The notes beneath the pieces were generated by a model that was given only the letters and a program-made list of their open reading frames with translations, was not told where the DNA came from and searched no databases. Shown here piece by piece: positions 41,241-57,820 of a DNA stretch of 64,000 nt. The stretch is from Octopus vulgaris (lineage: Eukaryota), in contig OX597822.1 of assembly GCA_951406725.2 (NCBI GenBank), positions 44,020,001 through 44,084,000 on the forward strand, read 5' to 3'. Every line of letters starts with the position of its first letter. The stretch's first letter is position 1. The position numbers were made by a program, and so were the translations under genes.

Positions 41241-41814
41241 TTGCAACTGATATAGCTGAATATTTCATCCCGCCCCACCCCCGCCATATCTCTACTGCTC
41301 CAAATAACCAAATCATCAAAGGCAATCCAGCCGTAGCCATCCCGGTTGTTGTTTTTGTTTTGTTTGCTTTTTTTCTTTTGTGACATAGACGCAGGCGTGG
41401 CTGTGTGGTAAGAAGCTTGCTTCCCAACCACATGGTTCCGAGTTCAGTCCCACTGAACAACAACAACAAACACACATACATACATACATACATACATACA
41501 TACATAGGCCCAGGCGTGGCTGTGTGTTAAGAAGCCTCTTTCCCAACCACATGGTTCCAGGTTCAGTCACACTGCGTGGCAAATCCGGGCGACCAAAACC
41601 TTGTGAATGGATTTCGTACGCGGAAACTGAAAGAAGCCCGTCAGATGTATATATATATTTTTTTTTTTTTCTAGTTTCAGCTCAGAGCTGCGGACATGCT
41701 GATGCACCGCCGTTTTCCATCACAACAATTATAAACATCAATTTCACCGCCAATACCACCGCCACCACTACCGTCACCTCCACCACCTCCGCCACCGCAA
41801 CTCCTACCGCCGCC

Positions 41815-41862
<48 letters not shown>

Positions 41863-42077
41863 GTATATATATATATGTGTGTGTGTGTGTGTGGTTTTAT
41901 ATATAATATACATATCTATATATATTATATATAAAACCACATGGTTCCTTGGGCAAATGTCTTCTTCTATAGCCTCGGGCTGACCAAAGCCTTGTGGGTG
42001 GATTTGGTAGATGGAAACTGAAAGAAGCCCGTCGTATATATGTATATATATATACATATACATACATACATACATAC

Positions 42078-42155
<78 letters not shown>

Positions 42156-42790
42156 CTTATATATGTATGTATGTATATGCATGTATGTGTGTGTGCGTAT
42201 ATTTGTGTGTATGTCTTCGTCCCCATCGCTTGACAACCGATGTTGGTGTGTTTTACGTCCAGAGCCCGATTGAATAAGTAAATAGACTTACAAAGTCCTG
42301 GGTTCGATTTGTCCGACTGACAGGCGGTGCTCCAGCATGGCGGCAGTCAAATGACTGAAAGAAACGAAAGAATAAAAAGAATAAGATATACGCAAACGAA
42401 GCCGTGTCTAAATTAACCAGAAGATTATTCCACTTTGAGAGTGAGTTGGCTGTTGTTTCTAGCTACAAAGTTGAGCTCGAGTGACACGCCGTCTTTTTCA
42501 TTATCCCGTAGTTGTTGTTATTGTGCTGTTGTTGTTGTTGTTGTTGCTGCTGCTACTGTTTTTGTTGCCATGGCAGCCGCTGTTGTTATTGTTGTTGCTG
42601 CGGCTGCTGTTGTTGTTCCTGCTGCTGCAGTTGTTGTTGTTGATGTTACTGTTGTTGTTGTTGTTGTTGTTGTTGTTGCTGGAGTTGTTGTTGCTGGAGT
42701 TGTTGTTGTTGATGCGATCGTGGTCCGTTCCTTCCATGTTGTTGCGCCTGCAACTTCCTTAATACAACACACGCACACACATACACACAC

Positions 42791-42863
<73 letters not shown>

Positions 42864-43456
42864 GCACGCCCAAACACAAACACAGACACACGTACGTCGC
42901 ACACACAGACACACACACACACACACACGCATATACGCACGCACTAGCTAATCACCGCCCCCACCACCGCCAACGCCACCGCCACCACCACCGCCACCGC
43001 CACCGCTGATAAACACACTCAACGTTTTTCTCTGGCAAAGCCACAACTGGCTTTCCTTCTCTGTTCCATGTACTCTGTGATTCTTGCTACCATTCTACAC
43101 CATCGCCGCCGCCGCCGCCGCCACCACCACCACCACCACCACCACCACTACCACCACCACCACCACCACTACCACTACTACTACTACTAGTTAGAGATGT
43201 AACAGGCATCTCGCGTATTACATCAACTGTGTCGCCTGTTGTATGCCGCGAAGGGACAAGCATATATATATATATTTATATATGTATATATATATACACC
43301 CATTCATATACACGCGACTATACACCCGCGCGCACATACACATGTACACTTAAATATATACATACAGGTATATAATATATATATATATATACGATGGGCA
43401 GTTGTACAGGACATATTCATTAACAGCCACTGAAATATCCATACGTGTGTGTGTAT

Positions 43457-43491
<35 letters not shown>

Positions 43492-43628
43492 TGTGTGTAT
43501 AATATATTTGAGAATGTTTACGGAAATATAAGCCCCGGACGGAAAGATTCAGGCGCACACAAACGCACATATACACAAGACTATATACGCTGCGAGACTT
43601 GTGTATACGGACGCAGGATCAGGAGTTT

Positions 43629-43707
<79 letters not shown>

Positions 43708-44302
43708 TTCTCTCTCTGTTTCTTTCTTTCTTTCTCTCTCTCTCTCACTCACACACACAAAAACACACGTGCACGGATATGCAGGCTCAGAGACACTCCT
43801 ATGTTACGAGTTAAAGTGTTTGCGTAGTGTGTTTTCACAGAGAGGTAAATAACGATTGTCAGTAACCTACATGTACACACACACACACACAAATATATAT
43901 ATACATACTTACATACATACACACCTATAAGTAACGTATAACATACATACACAACTTTCATAACACAACATTGATACATACACGCAATAATGTACGTACA
44001 TACACACATATAGTTTCCACGTTTGTTTGTGTGCATGTGTATATGGGCTTGTGTGTGTGTGTCAGTGCCTCCGTGATAGTGTGGTTATATGTAGATATAT
44101 TGTAAACATAGAGAGATAGAGAGTGGTGCCTCCATCTAGAAGCATGTAAACACATAAACACACATTTATATAAAGAGATAAATAGATACACACACATACA
44201 CAAGAATAGTTGTCACACACTCACACACATACATACGTACATACATAAAAAAATTGGATCGCCCGTCGCTATATATATTCTATTACAGATACATAGACAG
44301 GA

Positions 44303-44339
<37 letters not shown>

Positions 44340-44369
44340 GCACGCACACACACACACACACACACACAT

Positions 44370-44407
<38 letters not shown>

Positions 44408-44536
44408 CCGTGCATTCACATACAAACACAAACATTCGCTTCTATACTCCCTTAATTACGGACAATAACAGACCGCGTTTACGGAAACATACTCACGCAC
44501 ATACGTACATACATATATACATACATATATACATAC

Positions 44537-44608
<72 letters not shown>

Positions 44609-45362
44609 GCAAACATACTTTTAACTCCATGCCCATCTATCTAACTATTAACCTATCTGTATAAATCATTACATATATATATATATATATATATAGTCAT
44701 AGATACAGCCACATACACACATACATACACGTATATATAAACACATAACTCCATACGATACGCACATACAAATGTAACCTCGTATACATACATACGCACT
44801 CACACACATATCCACAATACGCTGACTCCAGCACACCACACACATCACACACACACGTACATACAGGAGCATCTTTCTACACGGTGTGGTAAGTGTGTGC
44901 TACGGAATACGTCACCAATCTCACACACATACTCACACACACAGACATATATACATATGTTGCCACACACGCACACACATACACACACACACTCACACAC
45001 ACACACACACACCTGCCTACAAAGGTTCTCTCTGTCTCTTTTGCATTATGAAATGACTATATCGTCTCAAACCATTTAAACGAACGAGGAAGCGGATTCG
45101 CTAAGTCAACACCACCACACAAGGTAAGCTTTGCTGATGCTGTTGTTGTTGTTGTTGTTGTTGTCGTGGTTGTTGTTCAAATATCTTACTTTGTTTTCGT
45201 ACACCACGGACCGGGCCAGTCTGGAGCACTCACTTACAAGATGACATACCTAGACATTAGTTGTATATCTACTCACATTTCTATATTTTTCCAATTTCTT
45301 ATCCAGGATTTTTTTAATGTATGTGTGACGTGCTAGTTATACGTTCATAAGCACGCACAATG

Positions 45363-45790
<428 letters not shown>

Positions 45791-46388
45791 AATATGTGTG
45801 CGTGTATATGTAAGTATGTATGTGTGTATACACGCTGTTGTCATATATATATTATCGAAATGTTTTCTTATTTCCAGATTCGCAACATTACAACATCGTT
45901 TGCGAGAGAGTGCAAAACATACACACTCCGCAACATATAGGCATGTATATACACATCAAAGCACGCGCGTGCACACACAAGCGCGGGCGCAAATATACGC
46001 GCACCAATACATACCGATTCACGTATGTATGTATATAAATATATATACATGTATATGTATATATATATCTTTATATATATATATATATATATATATATGC
46101 ATATATATATATACATATATATGTATATATATATATATATATATGTATGTATATATATATATATATGTATGTACGTTTATATGTGTGTGTGTATATATAT
46201 CTATATATATGTGTATGTGTGTCTAAACACACATATGCATACTTATATAGGTGCGTGCGTGTGTATACATAAGTTAATATTGATACATATATTCCTCTGT
46301 GTGTGTGTGTGCATGTGTACAAAATTTACACACGCATATACAGACATGCACGCACATCATGCATATACACACACTCACACACACACAT

Positions 46389-46422
<34 letters not shown>

Positions 46423-46993
46423 CACCCGCACGTACACACGGTGTGCCTTTTCATACTGTCGTCCGTCCCAGATATGCTTGGCGCTCGTTAAACTCCATCG
46501 CGGGATTGAACGCAAGACACTTTCTATATCGACACAAGTTTTTTTTTTTTAATTTTTCCTTCCCTTTCCTTCCCGTTCGAGTGACGGCGTGCGAATGTAC
46601 CTGTGTATGACAGAGAGAGAAAGAGATAGGATGGGAAAGAGAGAAAGAGATAGATACATAGATAGGGCTAGAGAGAGAGAGAAACGATCGACACACAGAC
46701 ACAGAGGCTAATATACATTGTGACGATAATACCTAACAGTGTTTCAACCTGTCGCACCTTGTGAATAGGATCCAGATGTACCTTTCGGGTCGGGAGATGA
46801 GGGTGTAATGGGTCTCTGTGTGTGTACGTATGTATGTATGCACGCACAGATGTATATACGTATATATACCTATGTGTGTTTTCGTGTGTGCGTGCGTGTG
46901 TTGTATATGTGTATACATGTGTGTATGTTGTGTGTACATTCGCATCAATTACAAGCATAAAAACATACACGCACCCACACATACATAAGAATA

Positions 46994-47033
<40 letters not shown>

Positions 47034-47232
47034 TGTAAAAATTATATATAAAGAAACAAGAAGGTGAAATACACAAAGGGATGAACACAGAAAACAGACG
47101 GGTCATTCGAAGCCTTTAATCTTCAGTCAGAAACCGGATCATCATAGCAAATTTCGGCTGATTAATTATATATATATTCATATATGTGTGTGTATGTGTG
47201 TATGTATGTATGTATGTATGTATGTATGTATG

Positions 47233-47310
<78 letters not shown>

Positions 47311-47447
47311 GTATGTATACAAACGTTCAATCGTTAGATGGTATACAACTGACTGAAAGGATCGGAGTTTCGTGTACTAAACACATGTATGTATACATAG
47401 CTACATGTATATACTCACCCCTTATATACATACATTATACACACACA

Positions 47448-47497
<50 letters not shown>

Positions 47498-47856
47498 CAT
47501 ATGTATACGTGTGTGTTTGTCTGATTCAAAACGAAAATAGAACACATCATATGAAAACATGAGTATATATATCTATGTATACATGTGTATGTATATATAT
47601 ATATCTTGTTTATGATCGGCAGAAGGCAAAGCGTGCCTCAAGGTCCCACAGTTTCAAGCATTGTCGAACTTATTAAAGTGGATAGAAATCAAGGAGTCTT
47701 GCTTAGATTTATATACGGATATACGAGTGATACAGGTGCGTGTGCGTATATACAAACATATATATATATAAATATATGTATGCATCCTTGTGAGTGCATT
47801 TGGTACACGGAAACTGAAAAAAGCCCGTTGTATATATGTATATGTATATGTATATG

Positions 47857-47887
<31 letters not shown>

Positions 47888-49029
47888 TTCTGTGTCTGTG
47901 TTTGTCTCCCCATCATCGCTTGTCAACCGGTGCTGGTGTGTTTCCGTCCCGTAACCTAGAGCTTCGGCCAAAGAGACCGATAGAATAAGTACTAGGCTTA
48001 CAAAGAATAAGTCCTGGGGTCGATTTCTCGACTAAAGGCAGTGCTCCAGCATGGCCGCAGTCAAAATGACTGAAACAAGTAAAAGAGTATATATACATAT
48101 ATATATATATATATGTGCATATATGGATGTATGTATATAAATACATATATATATGCATGTATGTATATTTGATTTTTTAATGTCCTTACCCCCAAACTTT
48201 TGTGAGTTGAATTAAGCAAACGCTATATATGAGAGAGATTTTCTTTAAGTATTGGAAATAGCTTTAAAAAAGTTTTTTAGCTGCTATTTCTAATGAGTTC
48301 AGTATGCGGCGAAGTAATTTATTTTACTAAGCCCTTTTATATAATGTAATAATTTGAATTCGCCTTAAATGGTCCCTTTGCATACTGAACACTTGGTGAA
48401 ATTGATTAATAATTAATTAATTTTACCCTCAATTGTTGAAATATATATATATATATATATATATATGATGTACGTGTAATGTATGTATATTCTGCATGTG
48501 TAGTATGTAAGAATGGAGAGAGTGAGAGAGAGAAAGAAAGACAGAGGAGGTGACAGAGAGACACAAAGAGAGAGAACGACGTATGCGTGTATATATGTGT
48601 ATGTGTTTTTATGTGAGGTATGGCCATGTATGTTTACAAATATACATCCATGTATATGAATGTTATTAAATATACACTGGCGGACTATCGGAATGGCTCT
48701 CCTCGCAGTCCCATTGCTACTAAAGAATGCATGTGGATTTGAACCCGTTCCTTTCTCACAATTTTTACAATAAAATTGTGCATTTTAACTAGATGTTTTG
48801 TTTTTTTCCCTCATAATTGCAATTTTTTTTGTTTTAATCTTTACATTTCCCTCATACACTTCCGTACGCTTTTCATTTCCCTTAAGGAACGGGACCTCAG
48901 GAGATAGCTACTCCGAAAGTCCTACGCACTTGAATTCATGTGCCAGCGTGTGTGTGTGTGTGTGTGCCTATACATACACAGGCGCAAAATATTATAGAAT
49001 CGCATGCATATTTATGCATATTAATGATA

Positions 49030-49111
<82 letters not shown>

Positions 49112-49263
49112 TATATAAACATGTACACACACAATATATGCATAGAATGAATTCCAAACATTACTGCACACCCACAAACACATGTACACAAACTCACACA
49201 CACACTTGTGTGTGCTATACATTGTCCCCAGAAGAGCTTTCAATATGTCGTGTGCCAGCTGAG

Positions 49264-49342
<79 letters not shown>

Positions 49343-49402
49343 TTATTTATATATCTATCTCTCTATCTATCTATCTATTTATCTATCTATATATCATTAA
49401 CA

Positions 49403-49447
<45 letters not shown>

Positions 49448-49465
49448 TACATGTATATATATATG

Positions 49466-49522
<57 letters not shown>

Positions 49523-49525
<3 letters not shown>

Positions 49526-49918
49526 CACAGGAGTGGCTGTGTGGTAAGTAGCTTGCTAACCAACCACATGGTTCCGGGTTCAGTCCCACTGTGTGGCATC
49601 TTGGGCAAATGTCTTCTGCTATAGCCTCGGGCCTTGTGAGTGGATTTGGTAGAGGGAAACTGAAAGAAGCCTGTCGTATATATGTATATATATATTTATG
49701 TATGCGTGTGTATATGTTTGTGTCTGTGTTTGTCCCTCTAGCATTGCTTGACAACCGATGCTGGTGTGTTTACGTCCCCGTCACTTAGCGGTTCGGCAAA
49801 AGAGACCGATAGAATAAGTACTGGGCTTACAAAGAATAAGTCCTGGGGTCGATTTACTCGACTAAAGGCGGTGCTCCAGCATGGCCGTAGTCAAATGACT
49901 GAAACAAGTAAAAGAGTA
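49523..49918 (+). mobile_element. Family A SINE, full length
   Basis: Complete head, internal microsatellite, 3' body and gtaaaagag tail. Confidence 0.9.
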
Positions 49919-50001
49919 ATATATATATATATACATACATATATACATATATACATATATATGATTAATCTACTACAAGATTATTCATCTTTCTATTTCA
50001 C

Positions 50002-50038
<37 letters not shown>

Positions 50039-51601
50039 TGCAGAAAGGAAAGCGTAACTCAAGGTAACTCAACCTATTGTCTAACTTTTTAAACTAGATT
50101 GAAATCAGATACTCTTGCTTACATTGTATATATACATATATATAAATATATACACACATACGTATGTGTATGTGTACATTTGCATAAAGATATATATAAA
50201 TAGACATTCATATATACATACACATATGTGTAGATATACATATGTATACATATATACATATTCATATCCATATATATGTGTGTTAGTGTGTGTCTGTATG
50301 TGTTTCCGTATATGCGTGCGTGTATGTCTGCGCACGTTTGTGTGTGTGTGTGTGTGCGTGTGTGTGTCTGTGTGTGTGTGTTTGTGTGTGTGTGTTTGTG
50401 TGTGTGTGTTTGTGTGTGTGTGTGGTTTCCCGTAGGCATGATGTCACATTTAAGCGATACGAAACCTATGTTAATGTTTTGGATCACCGATGGTTTCAAT
50501 GTTTCCTTTATAAAACATTGAAAGATTACAGTTCGACTGACGTAATGATCTTACAAGCTGACCACAAATTGATCAGAAACTCACCACATTCTCACCATCT
50601 GACCACCAATAAGTCTACATTGAATATCAATAAACCGTTGTGTTTTTGTTTTTTTTTTCCTTTGACATAATGAGGGCATCTCTTCGCTACAAATACTGAA
50701 CACCAACATACATTTTATTCTCAACAGCACCTATTTTGTCTGATCAAACTAGTCATGACGTGTGTGTGTGTATATGGACCTCAACACTGCTTTGCAATTC
50801 AATTCGTGCATTGGCGCAGGCGTGGCTGTGTGTTAAGAAGCTTGCTTCTCGACCACATGGTCCCTGGTTCATTCCTACTGCATGGCAACTTGGGCAAGTG
50901 TCTTGTGAGTGAATTTTGGTAGAAGGAAATAAAAGAAGCCTGACGTATATAAATATAATAAATCTATGTGTATGCGTGATTTCCTCTTAGTGTTTGAATT
51001 CCAACACTGCTTGACAACCGGTGTTGGTCTGTATACGTCCTCATAACTTCGTGATTCGGTAAATGAGACGATAGATGAAATGATAAAAGAAAGTACTGCG
51101 TTCGATTTATTCAACTGAAAATTCTTTAAAACGATGCTCCAGCATGGCCGCATTCGAATGACTCAAAACAACTGACAAATAATAAAAAGGCCAACGAGAT
51201 AATTAGAGCACCTGTTGTCTAGATAATAATCAACCATGTCTATATCAACGATTCTCGAACTGTTTGCATAGGACACACGGGATTCCATATAAGAGTTTTG
51301 GATTTTCACGTAAGCTAAACAGTAAATTGCGGTCTACAGTAGTATGCTAAGAGCTTATGAAAAATAAATACTCTACTAAATAGGCGCATGCGTGTCTGCG
51401 TGGTAAGAAGCTTGCTTCCCAACTACATGGTTCCGGATTTAGTCCCACTGCGTCACATCTTGGGCAAGTGTCTTCTATTATAGCGTTGGACCGACCAAAG
51501 TCTTGTGAGTGGATTTGGCAGACTGAAAGAAGCCAGTCGTATATATATATATATATACATACATACATACATACATACATACATACATACATGCATACAT
51601 G

Positions 51602-51671
<70 letters not shown>

Positions 51672-52599
51672 CATAAATATATATATATATATATGTATGT
51701 ATTTATGTGTGTATGTATATATTTGTGTGCTTGTGTATGTGTTTGTCCGCCCATCATCGTTTGACAGCAGGTGTTTTTACGTACCCGTAACTTAGAGGTT
51801 CGGCAAAAAACGACTCATAGTATAAGTACTAGGTTTACAAAGAATAAGTCCAGGAGTCGATTTCTTCGACTAAATGGCGGTGCTACAGCGTGGCCACAGT
51901 GAAAATGACTCAAGCAAGTAACAGAATAAAATAACGTACTTACTGCAAGAAAGAGCTCTCTTTCTCAAACGGTCTACGTAATTCAACTTGCATACATCAA
52001 TGTCTGAATAAGAAAATAGGAATTTTGGAAGAAATATCTATAAAAACTAGATTTTAAAGATTGAACGTCTATGGGGGTCCACCAGAGGAATATAGTAGTC
52101 AGAGGAGTCTATAGGTAAAAGGGTGGATGAGAACCACTTGTGTGTATGGAACTCAACAGATGAAAGAAACAAAAACAGTGGTGGATATTAAGAGGTTTTC
52201 GTCCTTTGATACTTGTGTGATGTATTCCGCTGCCAACAACCGCCAGAAACGTTACCGTTTACACGTGGTGAAATTCTTACAGTTCGCTAGACTTGGACAG
52301 TAAATGTCAAGTGCGTTGGTTTTGGTCTATGGCTCTGTCTTCCAATGCTTGTTGAAACAATTGACACTCACATACACATCCATCCTCACGCACAGAGACA
52401 CACGAATCAACACGCATATCCACAAACACACATACAAACACACATACATACACATATTTATGTATATGATTAGACAGTTATGCACTTTGGAGCCGACTCA
52501 CAGTTCACTGACATCACAGCCGGCCGTCTCTGGCGGCCATTTCATAAATTGATCATTTCATAATTCAATGATTCTCTCACGAAGCAGAGATTTGACGAT

Positions 52600-52645
52600 G
52601 ACAATAATAATAATAATGATAATAATAATAATAATAATAATAATG

Positions 52646-52712
<67 letters not shown>

Positions 52713-52749
52713 TAATAACAATAATAATGATAATAATTATAATAATAAT

Positions 52750-52805
<56 letters not shown>
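52600..52805. repeat. (AAT)n microsatellite
   Basis: Direct reading. Confidence 0.97.
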
Positions 52806-52808
<3 letters not shown>

Positions 52809-53017
52809 TAATCCTTTTTACTAAAGGCACAAGGCCTGAAATTTTGGGGAGGGGGTTCTAATCGTTTACATCGTCTCCAAGGTTTCATTGGAACTTAATT
52901 TATCGACCCCGAAAGGATGAAGGGAAAAGTCGACCTCGGCAGAATTTGAAGTCAGAACGTAACGACAGACAAAATACCGCTAAGCATTTCGCCCGGCGTT
53001 TTAACGATTCTGCCAAC

Positions 53018-53224
53018 TTGTGGCCAAATAATAATCTGGAAACTTTAGAAATACCCCACAATCTAGGTATATTGCAAAAATCGGCATTACTTGGAAGGGC
53101 ACGCATATTGTGTAAAGTACTGTCTGTCTGGGGTCCTTGTGGTGACTTGACAAACAGTACAAAGTCCCGGTAGACACAATATCTTCAATCAACAACCTCA
53201 CGATATTATATACTGTATGACACC

Positions 53225-53275
<51 letters not shown>
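53018..53275 (+). mobile_element. R4/Dong-like LINE 3' end with (AAT)n tail
   Basis: LEIPHNLGILQKSALLGRARILCKVLSV. Confidence 0.75.
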
Positions 53276-53276
<1 letters not shown>

Positions 53277-53638
53277 TGCATCTCTGATCACGAGCAGAAG
53301 TAGTGGGGAGCATCATAGCCATGTGTTGAGAGGGATTCTTTGGGGTTTGAATAATTCACCTCTGGAAACATGGGGGGTTCTTTCAACATCCTTAAACAAC
53401 CCTTATTCAGGGACCTTTCGAGCGGGATAGGCTACTCAACCTGAAGAAATTTCTACCTTGGCCCCACCTGCAAGGTCATGTGCTGTTTATCTTGATATGA
53501 GATCACCATGTCGCGCACATATGGTTGTGATGCATGTGCCTGGTGTACCCTTATCAGACGGGTAGTCATGATGGGTATATTGGGCTTCGTATATTTTACC
53601 CCAGTGTCATTTTGATGGCATGAACTGCTCTCTCACTC

Positions 53639-53640
<2 letters not shown>
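53276..53640. mobile_element. Unclassified (AAT)n-associated repeat; overlapping fragments at 54325-54600 and 54855-55063
   Basis: Shared segment tgtgcatctctgatcacgagcagaagtagtgggggagcatc (with variants) in all three. Confidence 0.7.
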
Positions 53641-53713
<73 letters not shown>

Positions 53714-53728
53714 AAGAAGAAGAAGAAG

Positions 53729-53759
<31 letters not shown>

Positions 53760-54152
53760 ATAATAAGCCAGACATAGTCATAATTGAGAAAGAAAGCAAA
53801 CTGTGCTGGATAATAGATATAGCATGCTCAGCTGACAACAAGGTATGCGATAAGGAAGGAAGAAAAGTCGATAGATATGACATGTTAGCTTGGGAGGTTA
53901 AGCAGTTGTAGACGATGAAAAAGGTGGCAGTAGTACCAATAATTGTCGGAGCCCTGGGTAAAGATCTTGAGAAGTACAAGGAACAAATAAGGGCTGCAAT
54001 AAGGGTGGAGCACTTGCAGAAAACAGCACTGCTTCCAACCGCTCGAATACTCCAGAAGGTGCTCGAGAAATAAGAGGTGTTACGTAGTCCACTGGTAGTG
54101 AACAGCTGACACCGTGGTACATCTCCATCGTTAGAAGCTGTGCAAAAGCAAT
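53760..54152 (+). pseudogene. R4/Dong-like restriction-like endonuclease 3' fragment
   Basis: NKPDIVIIEKESKLCWIIDIAC..D..V..KE..K..RY..L..EVKQL*..V.VVPIIVGALG..LQKTALL.TARILQKVLEK*; PD..D motif; simple repeats on both sides. Confidence 0.88.
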
Positions 54153-54153
54153 G

Positions 54154-54327
<174 letters not shown>

Positions 54328-57300
54328 GCCCTGATACAGTACCAGGCATTGGTTCTCATGGCTTCTGATCTTAACTGATTGGGGGTGTTATCATGGACAT
54401 GTTTTGTCTTGGTATAAAAGATGAGCTACAGCGAATATTCTACTCAATGCCACGGATTTGCTTTTCAGTTGCTTGAACTTAACCAGTTGGGCATGTCTCT
54501 TAGTGGCTGACGATATGTGCGTCTCTAATGATGAGCAGGAGTAGTGGGGAAGCATCATAGGGAGTCTGTGGGGTTTGAATATTTCACCCCTTGAAACATG
54601 GGCGCTTCGACCCCAATACTAAACTGGTTCTTATTTTATGGAACTCGAATGGATGAAAGCCAACGTCCATCTTGGAGGAATTTGAACTCGGGGAGTAAAG
54701 AGGGAGAAAATGCAGTTAAGTATTTTGACCGGCATGCTAACGATTCTGCCAAATGATGGTTTCAAATTTTGGCACCAGGCCAATTTTAAAGGAGCGAGTG
54801 AAGTCGATTTCATCGACCATTGTGCTCATCTTATATTTTATTTTATCGATCTCAATGGCTCTCACGGCTTCAGATCTTAAATGATTGGAAGTGTTATAAA
54901 GTACATTGTTTTGTGTTAGTATAAAAGATGAACTACAACAAATATCTTGCTTAATACTTCAGATTTGCTTGTCAGTTGTTTGACCGTAACAATTTGAGCA
55001 TGTTTCTTAGTGGCTGACGATATGTGCATCTCTGACCACGAGCAGAAATAGTGGAGGAGCATCGTCAATGCCGTCGAATTAACGAACCAGTTAAAATGCT
55101 TGGCGTGTGATGCAGTGAATAACTCCAAGTGGATAAGAACTTGGACGAAGTGATGAACAGAGTGGTCAGTCTTATGCAGAAATGGAAGAGAGTAAGCTGT
55201 ACCTGAACGGGTGGGCAGAAGTAGCGAATCACCTCCATCATCATTTAGCGCCTGGTCATCATGTCCTGCCTCAGTTACAGCTTGATTAGTCTGGGACATC
55301 TGTTATTTATTTTCTTGTGGAAAGAACGTGTTCCAATGGTCAAGCGGTCAGTCTGCTGCCAGCAACCTCAGTGTAGCGGTTTAGGATTGCCGTGGCTGCT
55401 GATGAGGTAGTTGCACCACCTGTAATGATTCTTTCACGATCAATGTGTGTGGGTACCGCTCATGAGACACGTCTGTCCGCAGCTCTGACGGGATCAGAGG
55501 ATGTCCCACTTTAGCAATGTAAACAGTTTTAATGGTGAGGAAGTGTGACTATGTTCTCATGGAGACTTCGGGCGTCGACTAAAACAAACTCGCTAGTCTG
55601 TTCTGAAGGACTTACCGGTTGGAGAACACTATGAATAATTTCTAGAAGTCCTTGGTTTAGCAGTGCTGCCGAGGAGTACTGCTAGTTCGAGAAGAACTTT
55701 AAAAACACTGATTTGCCATCAGACGGGCTGTGCGAAATATGCGCAGAGCGATGAAACTGTTCTGTACGCACTTGTTGCTGACATGTAGAGTTATGTCGAA
55801 CATTTGCTGTTACCTGTGAGATGGATCCGTCTATCAGCCGAGTCCATGGTGATGATTGCCCCACCGTCCTCCTATGATCGGGCAGGTAAGCATTTATACT
55901 TTGCTTAGTGGCTGTGGCGAAAGAGGTTGTCAAGTGGACGAGGCTGAAAGCATGAGAACAAAGACATTCCTCCATTATGTACGAAAGAAGGAGCGAGAGA
56001 GGGCAGTCCCGGCGGTCTGAGCGTGAGATGCAAAACGGTTCGGATTAACCACCGCTTACGTTGACAACTGAGCAAGTACCGCTGTGTATTGCAGGGATCT
56101 AACCTCTCAAAACTGGTCCAAATCAGTCAATTTCAGAGGTTTAACCGAGTTGAAAGTATTAGACTGATACAAATTGACCAGAGCCCCTCCAAAGCTTTCG
56201 TGCCAGTCCTCTCTGAGACGTGACAAACACACGCATATATATATATATATATATATATATTCAACAGGCTTCTTTCTGTTTCCCCTGTACCAAACACACT
56301 CACAAGGCTTTGGTCGGCGCGAGGCTATAGCAGAAAATAATTGCCCAGTACCACGTAGAGGGACTGAACCCAGAAGCATGTGGTAAGAAAGCAAGCTTCT
56401 TACCACACACCCACACCTATTGATATTATTAATACTTATAAATATAAAAATATAAAAATATCGTGTAAGCGTTTTCAATGCCAAACTATGATGGTATTTC
56501 CAAATTTTCTCTTTGCAAAGTTTCTATGTTCCAGAGATTAAAAGGGAGAGAAAGAAAGAAGGAAAGAAAGGAAGAGAAGGAGAGATTAAAAAGAGAGATT
56601 AGAGAGAGAGAGAGAGAGAGAGAAACAAAGACAAAGAAAAAGAGATTAAGCGAAAGCGAGTGAAAGTGAAAGAGAGATTAAGAGATAAATAACAGACTGA
56701 GAGAAAGAGAAAGGAAGAGAGAGGGAAATAAGAGAGAGGGAGAGACAGAGACTGAGAGAGAGACAGAGAGAGAGGAATGGCTCTTTGAATGTCTTGCTCT
56801 GCTTTCAAGTCAGAGATACTCGATTTTTTCCCGTTTCACTAAATTTCTTTCGTAAGAGTGAAGTCCTTTATTTTTGCCACCCGACTCCTGTCTTCCAAGA
56901 CCTCATCGTCGTCCTACAACCATGGATTATTACTTGTTGGAACCAGACAAAAAGTTCCCGAACCAGAAGGCGGGCCGATTTCTCTCGTTATTCTCGAAAT
57001 TGCGAACAAGGATTTTCTAGAAACCCCATTATCTAATTCTTAGCACCACCGTTGAGAAGGTGCGTATTCAGGTAGTTAGAATGTTCAGCCTCAGGATAGC
57101 AAAGCCCTGATTTCGATTCTCCGAACGGGTGGTGCGTTACGTTCTTGAGTAAAACATTTTTCATGTTTCGCTAACTCAGCTGACTCAACCGTAAACTTAG
57201 CGGTTCGGCTCAAGACACCGAGAGAATAAGTACCAGGCCTTAAAACAAATCAGTGCCAGGATAGATGTGTTCGACTGAAATTCTTCAAGGCTGTGCCCCA

Positions 57301-57345
57301 GCATGGCCGCATTCTAATGCCGAATATAAGTAAAAAATACACGAT

Positions 57346-57522
57346 AGGCGCAGGAGTGACTGTGTGGTAAGTAGCTTGCTTACCAACCACATGGTTCCGG
57401 GTTCATTCCCACTGCGTGACACCATGGACAAATGTTTTCTACTATAGACTCGGACCGACCAAAGCCTTGTGAGTGGATTTGGTAAACGGAAACTGAAAGA
57501 AGCCCGTCTAATAAATAAATAA

Positions 57523-57589
<67 letters not shown>

Positions 57590-57820
57590 TGTGTGTCTGT
57601 GTTTGTCCCCCAACATCGCTTGACAACCGATGGTGGTGTATTTATGCACCCCGTAACTTAGCGATATGGCAAAAAAAGAGAGACCGATAGAATAAGTACT
57701 AGCCTTATAAAGAATAAGTCCTGGGGTCGATTTGCTCGACTAAAGGCGGTGCTCCAGCATGGCCGCAGTCAAATCACTGAAAGAAGTAAAAGAGTAAAAG
57801 AGAGGAAAGAGGTAAAAAGA
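57346..57820 (+). mobile_element. Family A SINE, full length
   Basis: As 8347-8790. Confidence 0.9.

Noticed and set aside
40128-41250. Pro/Thr-rich 367-aa and Gly-rich 253-aa ORFs
   Set aside because: Compound CAC/CAG/TAG microsatellite.
45080-45130. Possible host exon ending at AAG|GTAAG
   Set aside because: A single donor-like motif with no supported acceptor, ORF or partner exon.
53406-53445. Minus-strand UUCAGG..GAAA-g-GUC-CCUGAA hammerhead-like fold
   Set aside because: Stem I, GAAA and GUC are present but there is no CUGANGA segment; at most a remnant.
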